Assembly: GCA_048128005.1 (NCBI GenBank)
Contig: JBEUKZ010000023.1
Location: 310,001-374,000 of the forward strand
Direction: 5' to 3'
Length of the DNA: 64,000 nucleotides
Source: Veleropilina oligotropha
Taxonomy: Eukaryota
Part shown: positions 13,001-27,200 of the stretch, piece after piece
Position numbering within the stretch: the stretch's first letter is position 1
Layout of the letters: every line of letters starts with the position of its first letter
Translations under genes and position numbers: made by a program
The notes under the pieces: generated by a model
Database searches by the model: none
Told to the model about the DNA's origin: nothing
The model's input: only the letters and a program-made list of their open reading frames with translations

Positions 13001-15062
13001 AATTTTCCTGCTCAAGAATGGTGAGAAGGCGACCTTGACCTCAAAATGGTGGAATCATGACAACAACTATTGATTCAACAGCTTGTCGATGTTAATATGA
13101 AAGAGATAATGCAAAATATGTTATGTTTTATGAAATAAATATCCTGTGTCTATGTTGCTTGGAATATATTTCTTGCATTTGAAAAGGAATAACGTGCATG
13201 ATTGCAACAGTTCATTTGCACGTCGCCCCGTTAATTTTCCCATTCAACATGAATTTGAAATTTTGTTCACTAAAAAAAGAAATAAGTATTGTAAGTTTAG
13301 TCATATAAAATATGCAAATGGAGTATTTGCCGTCCTGTATAGTATTGAAATGTATGTCGTCCATGTTTGTTTTGCGTCTGTTGCGAACACTCACATGCTA
13401 TTTTTATGCATGACAAATATTGATAGAATTTTCCATACTCCTAAACGTCGAGTTACACACATCTAATATTTATAATTGTTATCTTTCTCTCTCTGTAACA
13501 GGGGTGGGTGGGATTATCTCCCTAGTATCTTCCGTATTAGTAGCCAATCCGAATACAGAAACATCCAACATGTATGCAATGCAGTCCCACATCAATTCGT
13601 TAAACTTATCTGCTTATGAAATATTAAATGCATCTAGTTAAAAACGAAAATGATCGAACAGGAAACAAGAAGCAGTACAGACTTAAACAATACTAGTTTA
13701 CAATAATTTATACTAAACAAATATTTAATGTAAATATTTTTGCTCCAGAATCTATTAAATAGTTCAACTCATGGAGTTGCAGTAAGGACAAATATACAAC
13801 ATGGCTCATTGGTAATTACTCATCTATATACCACAAGAAATCTGACCTTGCTATATTGAAATTTTTCGTTTTGGTCGATGCTTAATGCTCAATTTTAATA
13901 TTCTGCAGGTTCATATTATCGCTGGAGGAATGGCCAGTTAAGTTAATTACCTCACTAATAGTCTATGTAATCGGATTAATACAGCCCGTCATGCCGATAA
14001 GAAACACTATCCGCACGACCGTCATGCGGATTAGATTCCTTATCAGCACGACCGTCGTGCCGATAGCCTCGGTCAATCAAAATATCTAAAACATAGGACG
14101 GATTGCTACTTGTAAATCTGTTATTGATCAATGTAATTTTTAAACTATAATTAATAGAAAATGCATTTTTAAAGAAATACCTCTACTTCCTCTTCATAAT
14201 TTTTCCACACAAAATCACGGCTGACGTTGAACTTTAAGTTCTTGGCGTCGGAGACATTTACAAAGTCAAGCAACCGAACTGACATAGCTCATCGGATGAA
14301 ATGCTCTGAGCAACGTTGACGACCACAACACGCGTCTAGTAATATCAGACCAGGAAGTTGCGACACGTTTCAGCAATTTATGAACAACTATGACTGTTAA
14401 CGCCAAGGATTCGAACCCATTCCTGTGATGTAGAGCAGTCAGGTGATTGAATCGGGAGCCGCGCTCGTAATATTGATATTGAATGAAATATGATTACACT
14501 CTGACAATGTTATTTGATATGCAGCATTTTCCATATTTAATATGCAATACTCTGACAAATGTAGCATTTGAAGAATGAGTAATTCCCAGTGGATATAACT
14601 TGAATTCAAGTATATATATAAAGAACAAGAAATCCGAGATTGCACACCCTCGCTCCAGTGACGTGGAACATGGTAGTGAAACCCTGAAATTTCTTTGACT
14701 AATAGTTTTCCCGCCAGAGCGGAAAAAACGGAAATCATGTCGTAAAATACGGATTCCTATTCGGATTTGGACAATTTTTAGTATTTCCAGGTTTTGGGGT
14801 GGTCCTCTCAGCTTTGTCATCAAATTTGAAGAATATTGGATAAGTAGATGCAGATAAACAGACATACAAACTGACCCAATTGTAATACCATTTGCCCACA
14901 ACATAGTGGGCGAGGATAATTAATCTAATAAATTGGACAATGTTATCAAATTAATTACATTAGGACACATGTTAGAGAACGAAGGAAATTCTTGCTCAGA
15001 GCTAGCTAGAAATTGAAAACATTATGCTATAACTACATAACAATGATCTGTCCGCCTGTTGA

Positions 15063-15230
15063 CTAATGGGGAGTGGTTGGAGGCTCTGTGCTGAAGTATG
15101 GGGTAGCGTCTTTGACGAGAATTGTATGACAAACGTCACAGACTTTGGATAGACGAAAATGAGATCCACTGTTGACCGTTTTGGTCACACAATCGGAACA
15201 AAATATCCTTCCGCAGTGGCGACAATGATG
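15063..15230 (-). CDS. RABEP1: RABEP exon 22 (FYVE C-terminal half, TAG stop)
   Basis: tttcag|CAT; HHCRHCGRIFCSDCVTK...KVCDVCHTILVKDATPYFSTEPPTTPH*. Confidence 0.93.
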   Translation of the reverse strand, partial: HHCRHCGRIFCSDCVTKTVNSGSHFRLSKVCDVCHTILVKDATPYFSTEPPTTPH

Positions 15231-18200
15231 CTGAAAGATAACAAGAACTACCTTAGAATCTACACTCCAATGGTTGTGTGATATCTTCAAAAACATACGA
15301 TGATCAAAATCTCTTAAATGGATCTTGGGTCATAGCGAATGTCCATTTTCAATTTGCTTATGATATGTTGAAATAATGTAAAATTTCAATTCATGAAATC
15401 TGCGCTGACACATGATATGAACTCAAAAGCAGTCCACTTCTGCATCGGAAATTTCATTTTAGTGTCCTATTGGTTTTGTTCACATAATAATTCATCATTA
15501 CATCAGTCAAATTTATATATTTCCCTTGTACTGATCACAGATATAATATTCTCAATCTGTCGATTGGATGAAAAATTGCTTTACATCTAAATCTCTTGTA
15601 TCTAAATATGTTGTATCTTTTTATGAGTTACTGCTGCCTTGTGTGAAGTAACTTCTTGATGCCTGGTGCATTATGGGATGTGTCATCCATTCTTTGAGTG
15701 TGGTACAGCAATTTGAGAGGTAACATGATGTCTTTTTGGTGACTGATACATTGCAGGAGGTGACTTACCTTTCTTTTGGTGACAGTGAATGGTTGATTGC
15801 ACGAGTTACAATCCTCGACGTCATCTTCGTGCTGCCATCGCACCTCCGTCTCAGCCTGACGAATCTTCTCCAACTGAATCTATAGTCAGACAGAGACCCA
15901 GAGACGTGACAATAATGAAATAACGTTCAACAATATATATTCAGAGAAAGCTACAACAAAGAAATGCTAATTGAAGAGTAAACAGAAGTTATATTATGTT
16001 ACGGGAACTAAAATAAAATTCCTGTTATGCCAAGAATTCAGTCTCTGCATATAATCACATGCCAGTGATGATTTGATTTGAATTTTATTTGTGCTATTTG
16101 TTTTCTTGTTAACTCTTTGGCCCTAAATAAAAAGTTTACACCGATCAGGCAGCCTAAATTATATTATGTAAATTCGTATTTTACAAACCTGCTATTACAT
16201 CTTTATTTAACACAGTATACATGTGTACATAGTATACATGTGTATATATGGATATTTTATATGAATAAATGTTGATTTTAATTCATTTGTTGAATTTTGA
16301 CCCTTAGCATACAAGCCGGCTAGTATACCACCGACTCGGTAGTTCCATACGTTTAACATGGGCCAGGTACGGATGATTCAGGATTTTTCTACTGGGTAGG
16401 GTATGGAAGAATCAGTGTGCAGAGTTAAACAGCATATTCCACATTGTCCTGACGCCACAGGTAAATATTCAGTGAAAAACATCTGCGTTCATCATGATTA
16501 GTTTGGAACAACCATGACTGGAGCCTGTGATGTCAATTTTCAAGCTGGTACGCGATATATCTAGTCCATTCTTTTAGTCATCATAAGTCAAATCCATCTG
16601 GTATCCTCCGTAAGCGTTTATTTATGCTTATTGTAATGCAATCCAAAGAAAACTATTATTTTCTCAACAGACAATCTATGTTCGGAAACTCAAAAACTGT
16701 TTAACGACCACAGGAACAATTTTTTAGTCTTAATTCAATCATAATGATTCATATTTGAATGATGAAATTATATTTAGTGAAAAAATCTCTGACACATTTG
16801 GAGATCGAACACCAGTTATCTCCTTTTGGAAGACATACTAATTGACTGAAATGCGATCAATGGCTTTAAGAGTAGTTAACAGTAATCTTATTTTCGTATA
16901 TAAATTTATATACACTCATTTCAATGTCAATTTATTTATGTCTTATGAGTTCTACAAAAATTACCTGCAAGGATTGCGATAATTTGACGAAATCCCTCTG
17001 CACCGCTTCACTGTTGTCCAGGTCGACGGTTAATGACTGGAGTTTTGCTTTTAATGTTCCATTGTCGTATTCTAACCTGTTCTGAAAAAGATTTATAAGG
17101 AATGCAAAGTTCAATTTTTAGGTTTAGGCAACATATTTTATACACCAACTTTTAGCAGGTACATAACAATTCAATTCAATATTCGATCTTATGACCGTCC
17201 ATCCTTATATAAAATGATATCTTAAATTTTAAAGCGGGAGCTCTTGGTTAACAATAAAAGAGAATGGTTAGTTTTAATGTGTCATGGACGTATGTACCAA
17301 TAGCATAATGCCCCATGGGCACATTCAGGCTATAGGTATAAATCAAAGTGCTGAAGCACTGAAGCAGTCGTAAAGATAAAGGTTATCAGTTTTGCAAAAT
17401 GAATAATAATATTTAATTTATAAGATGAAATTGATTCACTAAGTTGACGTCAATAAGACACCTAAATAAAATTTAAGGTCAACCTACAGGAAATGTATCA
17501 CAAATATGCACAGCACATAGTTTTATAGGCTTAATTATATCAATTTGTGCACTGGATGTCCATAGCATGTACAACATTATTAATTTGGTTGTGTTACAAT
17601 TTATGCATTTCACCCATTCGTTAAGTTTTTGGCGATGATTTACAATTAACATGATTAGGCCTAATTATTTTGCTGTTCTTCCTAAAAATGGGTCAGTGTT
17701 CATTTAAAATTCGTCGTTGATATTTTTCTAGGCTAGGCCTACTCTGCTTTCAATACTAAAGAGATAAATGTTTTATTACCAATTGCACATTCCAATTCAA
17801 GCTACCGTAATCGACCCCGGGCACCAAAAGGTCATAAGGGGGAACTAAATGTAGGAATTATTTTAAGTTCCCTTGACCTGTTGACTTCAGATATTATATG
17901 ATTAAATATTAATTAAGGTAATATGAAATAAAGTGGTGTTGAAGTTGCAGGTATCTTTTTTCGTAAATAATAATTTTGCTTAAAAATACGTACACTGTGA
18001 CGCTCACTTTGACATCGACAGCGAAAGTGCAGGTGAGACCACATGACGGGAACCCTTTATAAATCTGTCAAACTTGCTAAATGAGCTGCAAAGTTATTTA
18101 TAAAATGAATTATTTACAACGTCGACTATCCGTTTGCTAGTAGAAATGTGAGGACGACGTTCGCTGAGGAAGGCACTAACGTCATCGCTCATAATATTTA

Positions 18201-21200
18201 ATATTCATGAGTTGTGCTTTGTCCTTTCATTTCCGCTCAACTCTCCTTCGCAGAAATGTGATTTCGCTATTCTACATGGTCAGGAGTATACTTGCTCTTT
18301 TCTATTTTGACAGAAGGGGGGTTATCTCCGGGTACGAGCGGGAAAATAAATATTTACATGGATGTGCGAAGTATATTTGGGAAAGGTAACCATAACTGAT
18401 TAAATTCCTGTGGAAACCGATAATAAAGCATACTATTGGATGTTTCCGTTATTTATGTAAGTAAAAAAAACTACAGCTGAGGCGCTTATACTATACCGGA
18501 ATCAGTCGAGTGATTTCCGTGAATGGTCCTGTAATGTTTTCATATAAAAGCACGATTTCTGCTCGAAAACCAAATAATCACACATTAGAACAATTTCTGT
18601 TACAATTTTTATTATGTCACCTTGACCATTTCCTTATATTCGTCAGCGACGTTGAAGTCATTATTCTAATTTGAAGTCACCAAGGCCACATAAGGAAACA
18701 ACCATATTAGGAAACAACAACACCTCAGTGACCTGGGGCTATTATCCCGTGCAAAAACACCGCCTGTGAAAACAGATGTAATTTACATCTATTCTACGAT
18801 TAAGCAGACATATTTTTACACCTTTTTTGAATTTGTACAAACATAAACACAAAAAGTTGGTGAAATATTTATATATAGGCTTACGAATACTTTTTAGATG
18901 TGCCATAACCTAATTTGATAGATAAATCGCTAATTTATGCAATAAGCCGATAGTGGGAATAGCTATGCAAATTCGGCAGACTTACCGAAGCAGTAATTTC
19001 ATTATTTCAATCGCAAGTAACAGGTATTTTTGAAACAATTATAATTCAATGATACAGTGACAGTGTTTGTTACTAAATAGCATAATAGATATGGGATATT
19101 GCGTGCAAAGGTAACAAATTCTACTACAGAAGTTGTTGCTACTTGAAAAATCGGAGGAACTAGTGGTGAAAGTGACCTGAATAATTGTCCAATGAGAGTC
19201 CGTAAAATGTAGATTCAGTGGAAAAACGCAAAACGTGGCTATACAGTCTTTGCTTCGCACGACTGCAAAAATGTTTAATACAATTAAATGATTGCCATAA
19301 CCTTAAGATGTGTCTTACTTTGTTGTTGCTGTGCTCCTCTAGTTGTTGCTGCATGGCGTTGATGATCTGTTTGGTCTTTGCATGTAGGTTTTTCAACGTC
19401 TGCTCCGATTCTCTGAGTTTGGATTCCGTCTCCGCCCGGACGGTGGCTTCTCTCTCCAGCTCGGATTTGACGCTGTCCTGCACAGCTGAAAATAAAAATG
19501 CGCTGCATTGCATCGATAGTTTTACATTTTTTATGATCTCGTTAATAATTTGTAGTGTTATGTATGTATGGAACATTCAATACACATTTGAATTATCAAT
19601 ATCCATCTACTGTAATATGAAACAGTCTAGACATCTCTAAACAATGACCACGAAATAATTTGCAACAAGGGTAATCCAGAGATAGCAATCTTCTGCCATG
19701 ACTAAGCAATTGTGCATTTTGCCAAGAAATCACTATGACGAATACTTTTCCCTAGATGAGATTGCTTTTATAATAGGTTAGAGTAATATGATATTATTCC
19801 ATGTTCACTCAAATACTTGTATATCGCTGATTAAGTGTTGTCTTAACTAACTGTAAGCAGTTTTTCACCGAACTGCAAGCAGTGTTTTGCCTAACTGTAA
19901 GCAGTGTTTTACCTAACTGTATACAGTGTTTTACATAACTGTATACAGTGTTTTACATAACTGTATACATTTTTTTACCGAAATTTAAGCAGTGTTTTAC
20001 CAAACTGTAAGCAGTGTTTTACCGAATTGTAACCAGTGTTTTGCCTAACTGTATAGTGTTTTACCTAACTTTAAGCAGTGTTTTGCCTAACTGTATACAG
20101 TATTTTACCTAACCTTAAGCAGTGTTTTACCTAACTCTAAGCTTTGTCTTACCTAACTGTAACCTTTGTCTTAATACCTAACTGTTAGGTTCGTCTTACC
20201 TAACTGTAACCTTTGTCTTACCTAACTGCTCCTGCAGTTGACTGATCTCCTGTGTCAACGTCTCTTCTATTGTGGCTTTCTCTTGCTGTTCTCCGACAAC
20301 TTGATCCTTCAGAAACAGAATTTCACTTTTTAGCGTGCTTTCTGTGTGTTCTTTAGCTACTTTGGCCGAGATTATATCCTCCCTGTATCTAAGCAGTAAT
20401 AGCTGCATTTCCTGCAAAATAATCAAATAGTGTTGTTCACAATTCCTGTAGAGTGATATAAATAGACTGTCCGCAGGTAGAAAGCGGTCAAACAATGGTC
20501 AAATGCAATGGAATTTGCCTGTATTGTCCGCATGCATTCGGAAATAATGAAGGTGTGATATCAATTGTGAACAACGCTATTGAGCTTTATTTATGAGCAG
20601 CATGTGAATTTTATTGACTTAAGTTTTGACCAAAATTATTGTGAAAATGTATAAGCAAGTTAATTCTGAGACATCAGACCACATGATTGGGTACCTAGGA
20701 TCGATGTCCTGTATATTTACAGCCTTTAGGTTCAAGGCAGGACATGTCCATATTATGGTGGGAGGAAGGCTCGGGCGCCCGAGGAGACCAGCCCTCTCCA
20801 GCAGTTACGGACACCTGTGATTGATAACTGAGCCAAGAATGTCATGTCCCAACCAAGCTTTGAACACATGCCTGTAATAGAGTCAGCAATTTTAGACTCT
20901 GCACTCGAGACCATGCGACTACCGGGGCGACCAGGACTACATGAAGATCTGCTAGCATTTGGCACAGAGCAAAAGGTCAAATGGTATTGTCATGCCTCGA
21001 GATAATGAAATCCATTGCACGGCACTGTAGCAGAAAAAAGGTAGAAAGGCAAACAAAAGAGGACTTGAAATGATGATATAAATAAGTAGGGAAAGAGTAG
21101 TGAACCAATAAGAGGGATGGCTTAGAAATACAAATTAATACACTTTGCATATATCTGCTGCTTCTGATATTAAAGTTGTTTGCCTGAAACCCTGTCCATT

Positions 21201-24200
21201 CATAGAAAAATACATTCAATCAATTCACACGTTTTTGTTAGCATCGATGCTAAATGTCACCAGTTTTTTAAACATATCTAATCAGGACATGTTCATATTA
21301 ACGCCTGGAATAACCCGCCTCACAGACCAGTTATGGAAAACTGTGACTGTTAACTCATTGTGAGCCAACGTCATTTTATGACATCATCCCTTGTGACGTC
21401 GTTATAGGCGGCTCCCCAGAGCTTGTGTGAGATAACGTCAATTATTAACTTTGTGCATATACTTCATATCAACTTGGATTAAGTTACATTGTATGAATAA
21501 AATTATGTATTAGCATTTAAATGTTTGTACAAGCTGAATAAAGACTACTTTATTTATGTTTAGTTACTGTTTTCATGTTTCAATCAAGTTTATTATTTGG
21601 AATTGACTAATATCAGTGCATACTAATTGTTACTGTTTGTAAGTGCAAATAAAATATGCAATATGTTATTATTATGGATGTACGATGGTAAGTATTTTAT
21701 TGACAATATATATCTTGTATTTTCATTATTAAAAAGGAATATTAAATTTATAAGAATAGTGAAGTTGAAAATTTAACATAATATTGTAATATTATTGCGG
21801 ATGCAAATAGTAAGTACGGTCATTGGCCCAAAGTTAACATCACGCATGTTTACCATTTGAAAATATCGCAAAAGTTTGACACAATCTCATTGTAGAAAAA
21901 AGTGTGTTAATAATTAAATTCCAAATTTTATTTCCATATCATTTTCAATCAGTACAAATTATATATGTCAATAACATTCAATGATAGTTATATATACTAA
22001 ATTTAAGCAAAATAAACATGAAAATACCTCACTGGTCCGTTTTATTCCAAAATAGAAAACTTGTCCATTTTGAATTGAGCGACGTCGAATTCCCGATTTA
22101 TAAACGCACGTATTTTCGTAGGAATAACTATTATATTGTTGACATAATTATCGAGAAAGTTAAAATAGCATTTAAAATTATCAATTGTTCAAAAATATGT
22201 CCAAAAGAACCTATATTGTCAAATATAAAGCCAGCACCTTTATGCAGATCAGCGTGACCCATAAAACTCGACTCGATGCAAAGACAAAATGGCTGCATAA
22301 GTTTGTTATTGCCCGAACAAGGGAAATCTCGATTTGACCCCAATGATTTCTGGTGCTGTACACTCGAAAATTGTTGTTTCAGATTTAAAGTAATGTTTAA
22401 ATAGACATATTATTATTTATTATGATATTTTTAATATAAATAATAATGTATATGATGTAACATCGATGTCTTCGAATCTACAATAACAAAACGAACCCGT
22501 TTGCGAGAAAAACCAATGGATCCGGGATCGCGGCATGACAAGACATTTTCTTATGCTTTAAAAGCTTAAACCTCATGCTAGAAGCATAATTTATATAATA
22601 TTAGAACAATATTTAAGTAAAAATGGTAAAACTTGGAATGTATTGACTTGTAAAAATGATGCATAAAATATACATCGCTACCTCACCTAGGCCTAAACCG
22701 AAAGTAATGCGGGTGATAAATTTGGGGAATTTACACAAGCTTACAGGAAAACTAACATTAATACCGATACATTAATTTCGTGTTTAATTATCGTAATGGC
22801 TCAATATTTTTGTCAATATATTCCATAATTCATTTTATTCAACAAAATGGATTCGTCACTAGATAATAAACTTGCCTGTCGCAATTTTATCGCCGCAACT
22901 TTTGATTACAGTACATTTTATATCCGTTTTTGTCGTACCTTGGGTTGCATCCCGCGTCACACGGGATGGAATGATTATGGTACAGGCTTGAAACACATCA
23001 CCAGACTAATTAATATCCTCTTTCATTCATCTTGATTCAACGTTTTCGAGATAATTAGTATTACACTGTGACATCTAGCTGTTTAAGTCTGACAAATGTT
23101 CGTCGGTCATGCATTCTGAAGTAGTTTACAAAAGCGCGCGGTGGTGTGATGTCACTGTCATGCTAGGTGTCCAATTGGACCCAGTTTCACGAGGTTTGCC
23201 TGGCTTAAATTATACTAGCCAATGAGAACAAAAGAACCTGACAAACACGACTTAAAAGACATCGTTTTATTGGTCAACTGATAACACTAGATGCATGGAG
23301 AGCTAAAGATCGTCGCAAATCAGCGACTTTGTAACACGCGACTTCAACCCATCAAAAGACGGGCTTGGGGATTAGCGAGGGTGAATTTAGCCCGCCTTTT
23401 GACGTGATTGGGGACTGGGATCACATAAATACAACGTCAAAAGGCGGGATTGGTACGTAATTAGTTATCTGAACAAAGAGTAACCAACCGATGATTCGAA
23501 CCCACTCTTGGTAGACGCAGTATTCAAGCGAGTGAATTCATAGCTCTCGCTCTTATCCACTCGGCTACCTGTGCGACCTCAATTAACAAAGTATGTAACA
23601 AAGGCACTGTTACCTCTAAGTTGTTTGGTAGATTGATATCCTCATTCTGTAGCTGTTGTGAGTGTTTGGAGTGCAAACCCTGCAGACTGTCGTTTTCTTT
23701 CTCCACACGAGCAATCTAAAATTAAATGGGAAATATTACATTGCAAAAGCAACTCTCAATGTTGTTGCAAACTCAAGCAAACATATATAGTTCTAGTTTT
23801 GAAGACTATGTTACCACAGCAAGTATATTTCATATAGGCATTCCTTTTATATTCCCAAATGGCATGGCAACATGACTGTTGTAGATGATTCACAAATTAT
23901 GACAATATAGCTTAAAATAGCTGCTGGTTACTTGCCTTCAAAATTGTGTTGTGGCAAATTAATAATCTTGTTGTTCAATCTTTGTTATTCTATCAGTAAC
24001 TATACACGATATTTGTCATTTTTCATGATTTTGCTACTTGCCTCTTTTTGCACCTCCTCCCTGGTATCACTGAGCACTTTCTGAAATCACAACGTATTAC
24101 GACTAAAAATATGATATATTAAATTTTACAGGCTGCAACGGTGTCTGGGTACATATTGCAATGACTTCACTGAATGGGTTCTAGTCCTTGTCAAAAGTGA

Positions 24201-27200
24201 ATGGAGTGGGGAGTGACTTTTTATTGAATAATCTAGTGTTTCCACCCTCAATGATAAGGATATTTCTGTATATGACCATAGATGCTAGGGTTGCATCAGT
24301 ACCCGAGTGAAAGAAGAGTATGGACTCACATCACTGCCGTGCATTCAGGAAGCAAAACGTTTTGTCTGGGGATTCAATTATATATATGAGCCCTGGCCAG
24401 TTGAGGATAGTTATATTCGACACGTGCACTGGACATACAGTCTGTTCTTGTAATGGCAATATACAATCCCATTTTAAAATAGCCATGGCATAAATCAATG
24501 AGGAAGTCAGTTTTCAAAATCCATCCAATTCATCTGTTTTGATAATTGCAGCTCCACAGAGTGACGAATAAGCTTAACAGCTAACTATACCTAATCACGG
24601 TGAGACAGTCTTACAGATAAGCACGTCCCTTTCATCATACATACATAACATTTACATAAGTAAACAAGCGCATCCGAGAGGAAGCATAGTTGAGCCATAA
24701 TAAAGTCAGCGTGGACATACTCTGTTCAGTGTTTTTGATCATTGTAGCTCAGGTCAATATTAATTATATCAGCAATTTTTTAAAAATATATATTTCAGAA
24801 ATGTAAAAGTAGTAAAAGGCATAACTACTCAACATGTGAAACTATCCTGTATGATTTGGGAGATATGCTCCAGTCAAAAGTGTCGCACATTATAGTCTAT
24901 GTCAATCTTATATCTGCCATTTTTGGTTAAACTAAAAATTTCCGAAACTTTAAAATAGAAAAACGCACAACCACTCAACTTAGTTAATGTTTGTACCAAG
25001 TTTTGAGATGCTAGCATGTACGGTTTGTCAGATATATGCTCTGGACAAAGGCATAGCCCATTATAGTCAAACTAATAGCCGCCATTATTTTAAATAAAAA
25101 CTAGCAAAAGGCACAAGTAATCAACCTAGTTAATGTGTGTACCATGTTTCGAGAAGCTATCCTGTATGATTTGGGAGATATGCTCAAGACAAAAGCGTCG
25201 TACACCCCATTCGGTGCATTCGTTCATTGTCAATCTTATATCAGCAACTTTTTTAAAAATAAAAAATTCAAAAACCTGAAAATAGCAAAATAACTAATAT
25301 GCGTACCAAGTTTCGTGAATATAGCATGTACAATTTGGAAGATATGCTTCAGACAAAGGCGTCATCTATTATAGTCTATGTCAATCTTATATCTGCCATT
25401 TCCATGTTTCATGTAGCTATCCTGTATGGTTTGGGAGGTATGCTCTGGACAAAATCATCACACACTCCATTCATTGCCTTCATTCACTGTAGTCTATGTC
25501 AGTCTTACATCTAAAATAGCAAAATGCACAACTACTCAACCTAGTTAGTGTGTATACCAAGTTTAGTGAAGGTAGCCTGTACGGTTTTGGAGAGGCACAA
25601 GTACTCAACCTAGGTAATGAGTGTATGAAGTTTCGTGAAGCTAACCTGTACGGTTTTGGAGATATACTCCGAACAAAAGCGTCCTCCATTATAGTCTATG
25701 TCAATCTTATAACCGCCATTTTTTGTAAAAATAAAAAGTTCAGAAACCTGAAAATAGCGAAAGGCACAAGAACTCAATCTAGTTAATGAGTGTATGAAGT
25801 TTCGTGAAGCTAGCCTGTACGGTTTTGGAGATATTATCTGGACAAAAGCGTCCTCCATTATAGTCTATGTCAATGTTATATCCGCCATTTTTGGTAAAAA
25901 TGAAAATTTCAGAAACCTGAAAATAGCAAAAGGCACAAGAACTCAACCTAGTTAATGAGTGTATGAAGTTTCGTGAAGCTAGAATGTACGGTTTTGGAGA
26001 AATGCTCTGGAAAAAAGTGTCCTCCATTACAGTCTATGTCAATCTTATATCCGCCATTTTATGTAAAAATGAAAATAGCAAAAGGCACAAGAACTCAACC
26101 TAGTTAATGAGTGTATGAAGTTTCGTGAAGCTACAATGTACGGTTTTGGAGATATGCTCCGGACAAAGTCGAGTGACCGGAAGGATATGGAAGAACGGAA
26201 AGACGGATGAAAGGAACGCTATATACCCCCAGCTACTTCGTACTTCGTATAATCAAGGACTGAATGTCAAATTTATTTTGCAACATTGGATGCATTTGGG
26301 AGTTACAAACCATTAATCAGAGTCTTAATCAAAATAATATGCAAATTAAGAAGAAAATGGTTTGATTTTAAAGTTTCTACTGATAGCTTATGGTGCTTTA
26401 CCACTTGTTTATGTGCTGTATTCGACAAATTCCAGCAAGGGCAGATAACTATGCATTTCAGCGTTTTGTGTTGGATTATATGCAAATATTATGTAAACAT
26501 TGATAATGACCGATAAGTCAAGCAGGAAACTATTTATATCGCATGTCGTTGTTATTTATAGTTGATATAGTTGTACTAACAATCAAATTTTACAAGAATT
26601 GTCAATGTTGTCGTTTTGAAGTTCTATAATAATTTATTTATTTATTAAATAAATCAAAATTTCGGTAATACGGGACGAAAGTGTCGATATATATAGCCTT
26701 TGACAAGGATTGGTGTGTCCCGTAGTGATAAACACGCACCAGCTCTAATAGCATGGAAGTTTCCTATTGATGGATTGGCAGGCGTAAAAGTGTTATCATT
26801 AGCACATTCGTTGATCGGTAAATCAAATCGATAAAGTCGGCCGTTTTAGAAAACGTTTTCGACACCAAGGAGCTTTCATAAACCGTGCAGTGCTTTTGAA
26901 AAATGTTTTGCTGGAATGTCGATCCTGAACGCACGGCTGTTCTGTCTGACAGATGGGGATTCGAACAATCGGCAGGGCAACCGTTGTTCAATTAACAAAC
27001 ACAGTTGTCCATGAATACCTGGTGAGGGCTGATTTTCCCGGGCAATCGGAATTTCTTTTCGCGACAATATGGACATGGCCTGCATTGAACCTGATGGTTG
27101 TAAACATAGAGGACATTAATCATCGATCAATCAAATCTTACCAGCTGGTCCTGCACGTCCAGCTGTGATTGGGTGTAGTGCTGCTTGACACTGACCATGT

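Noticed and set aside
9800..15062. RABEP 3' UTR end and polyadenylation site
   Set aside because: Several minus-strand AATAAA candidates (e.g. 9842, 10773); cannot choose from sequence alone.
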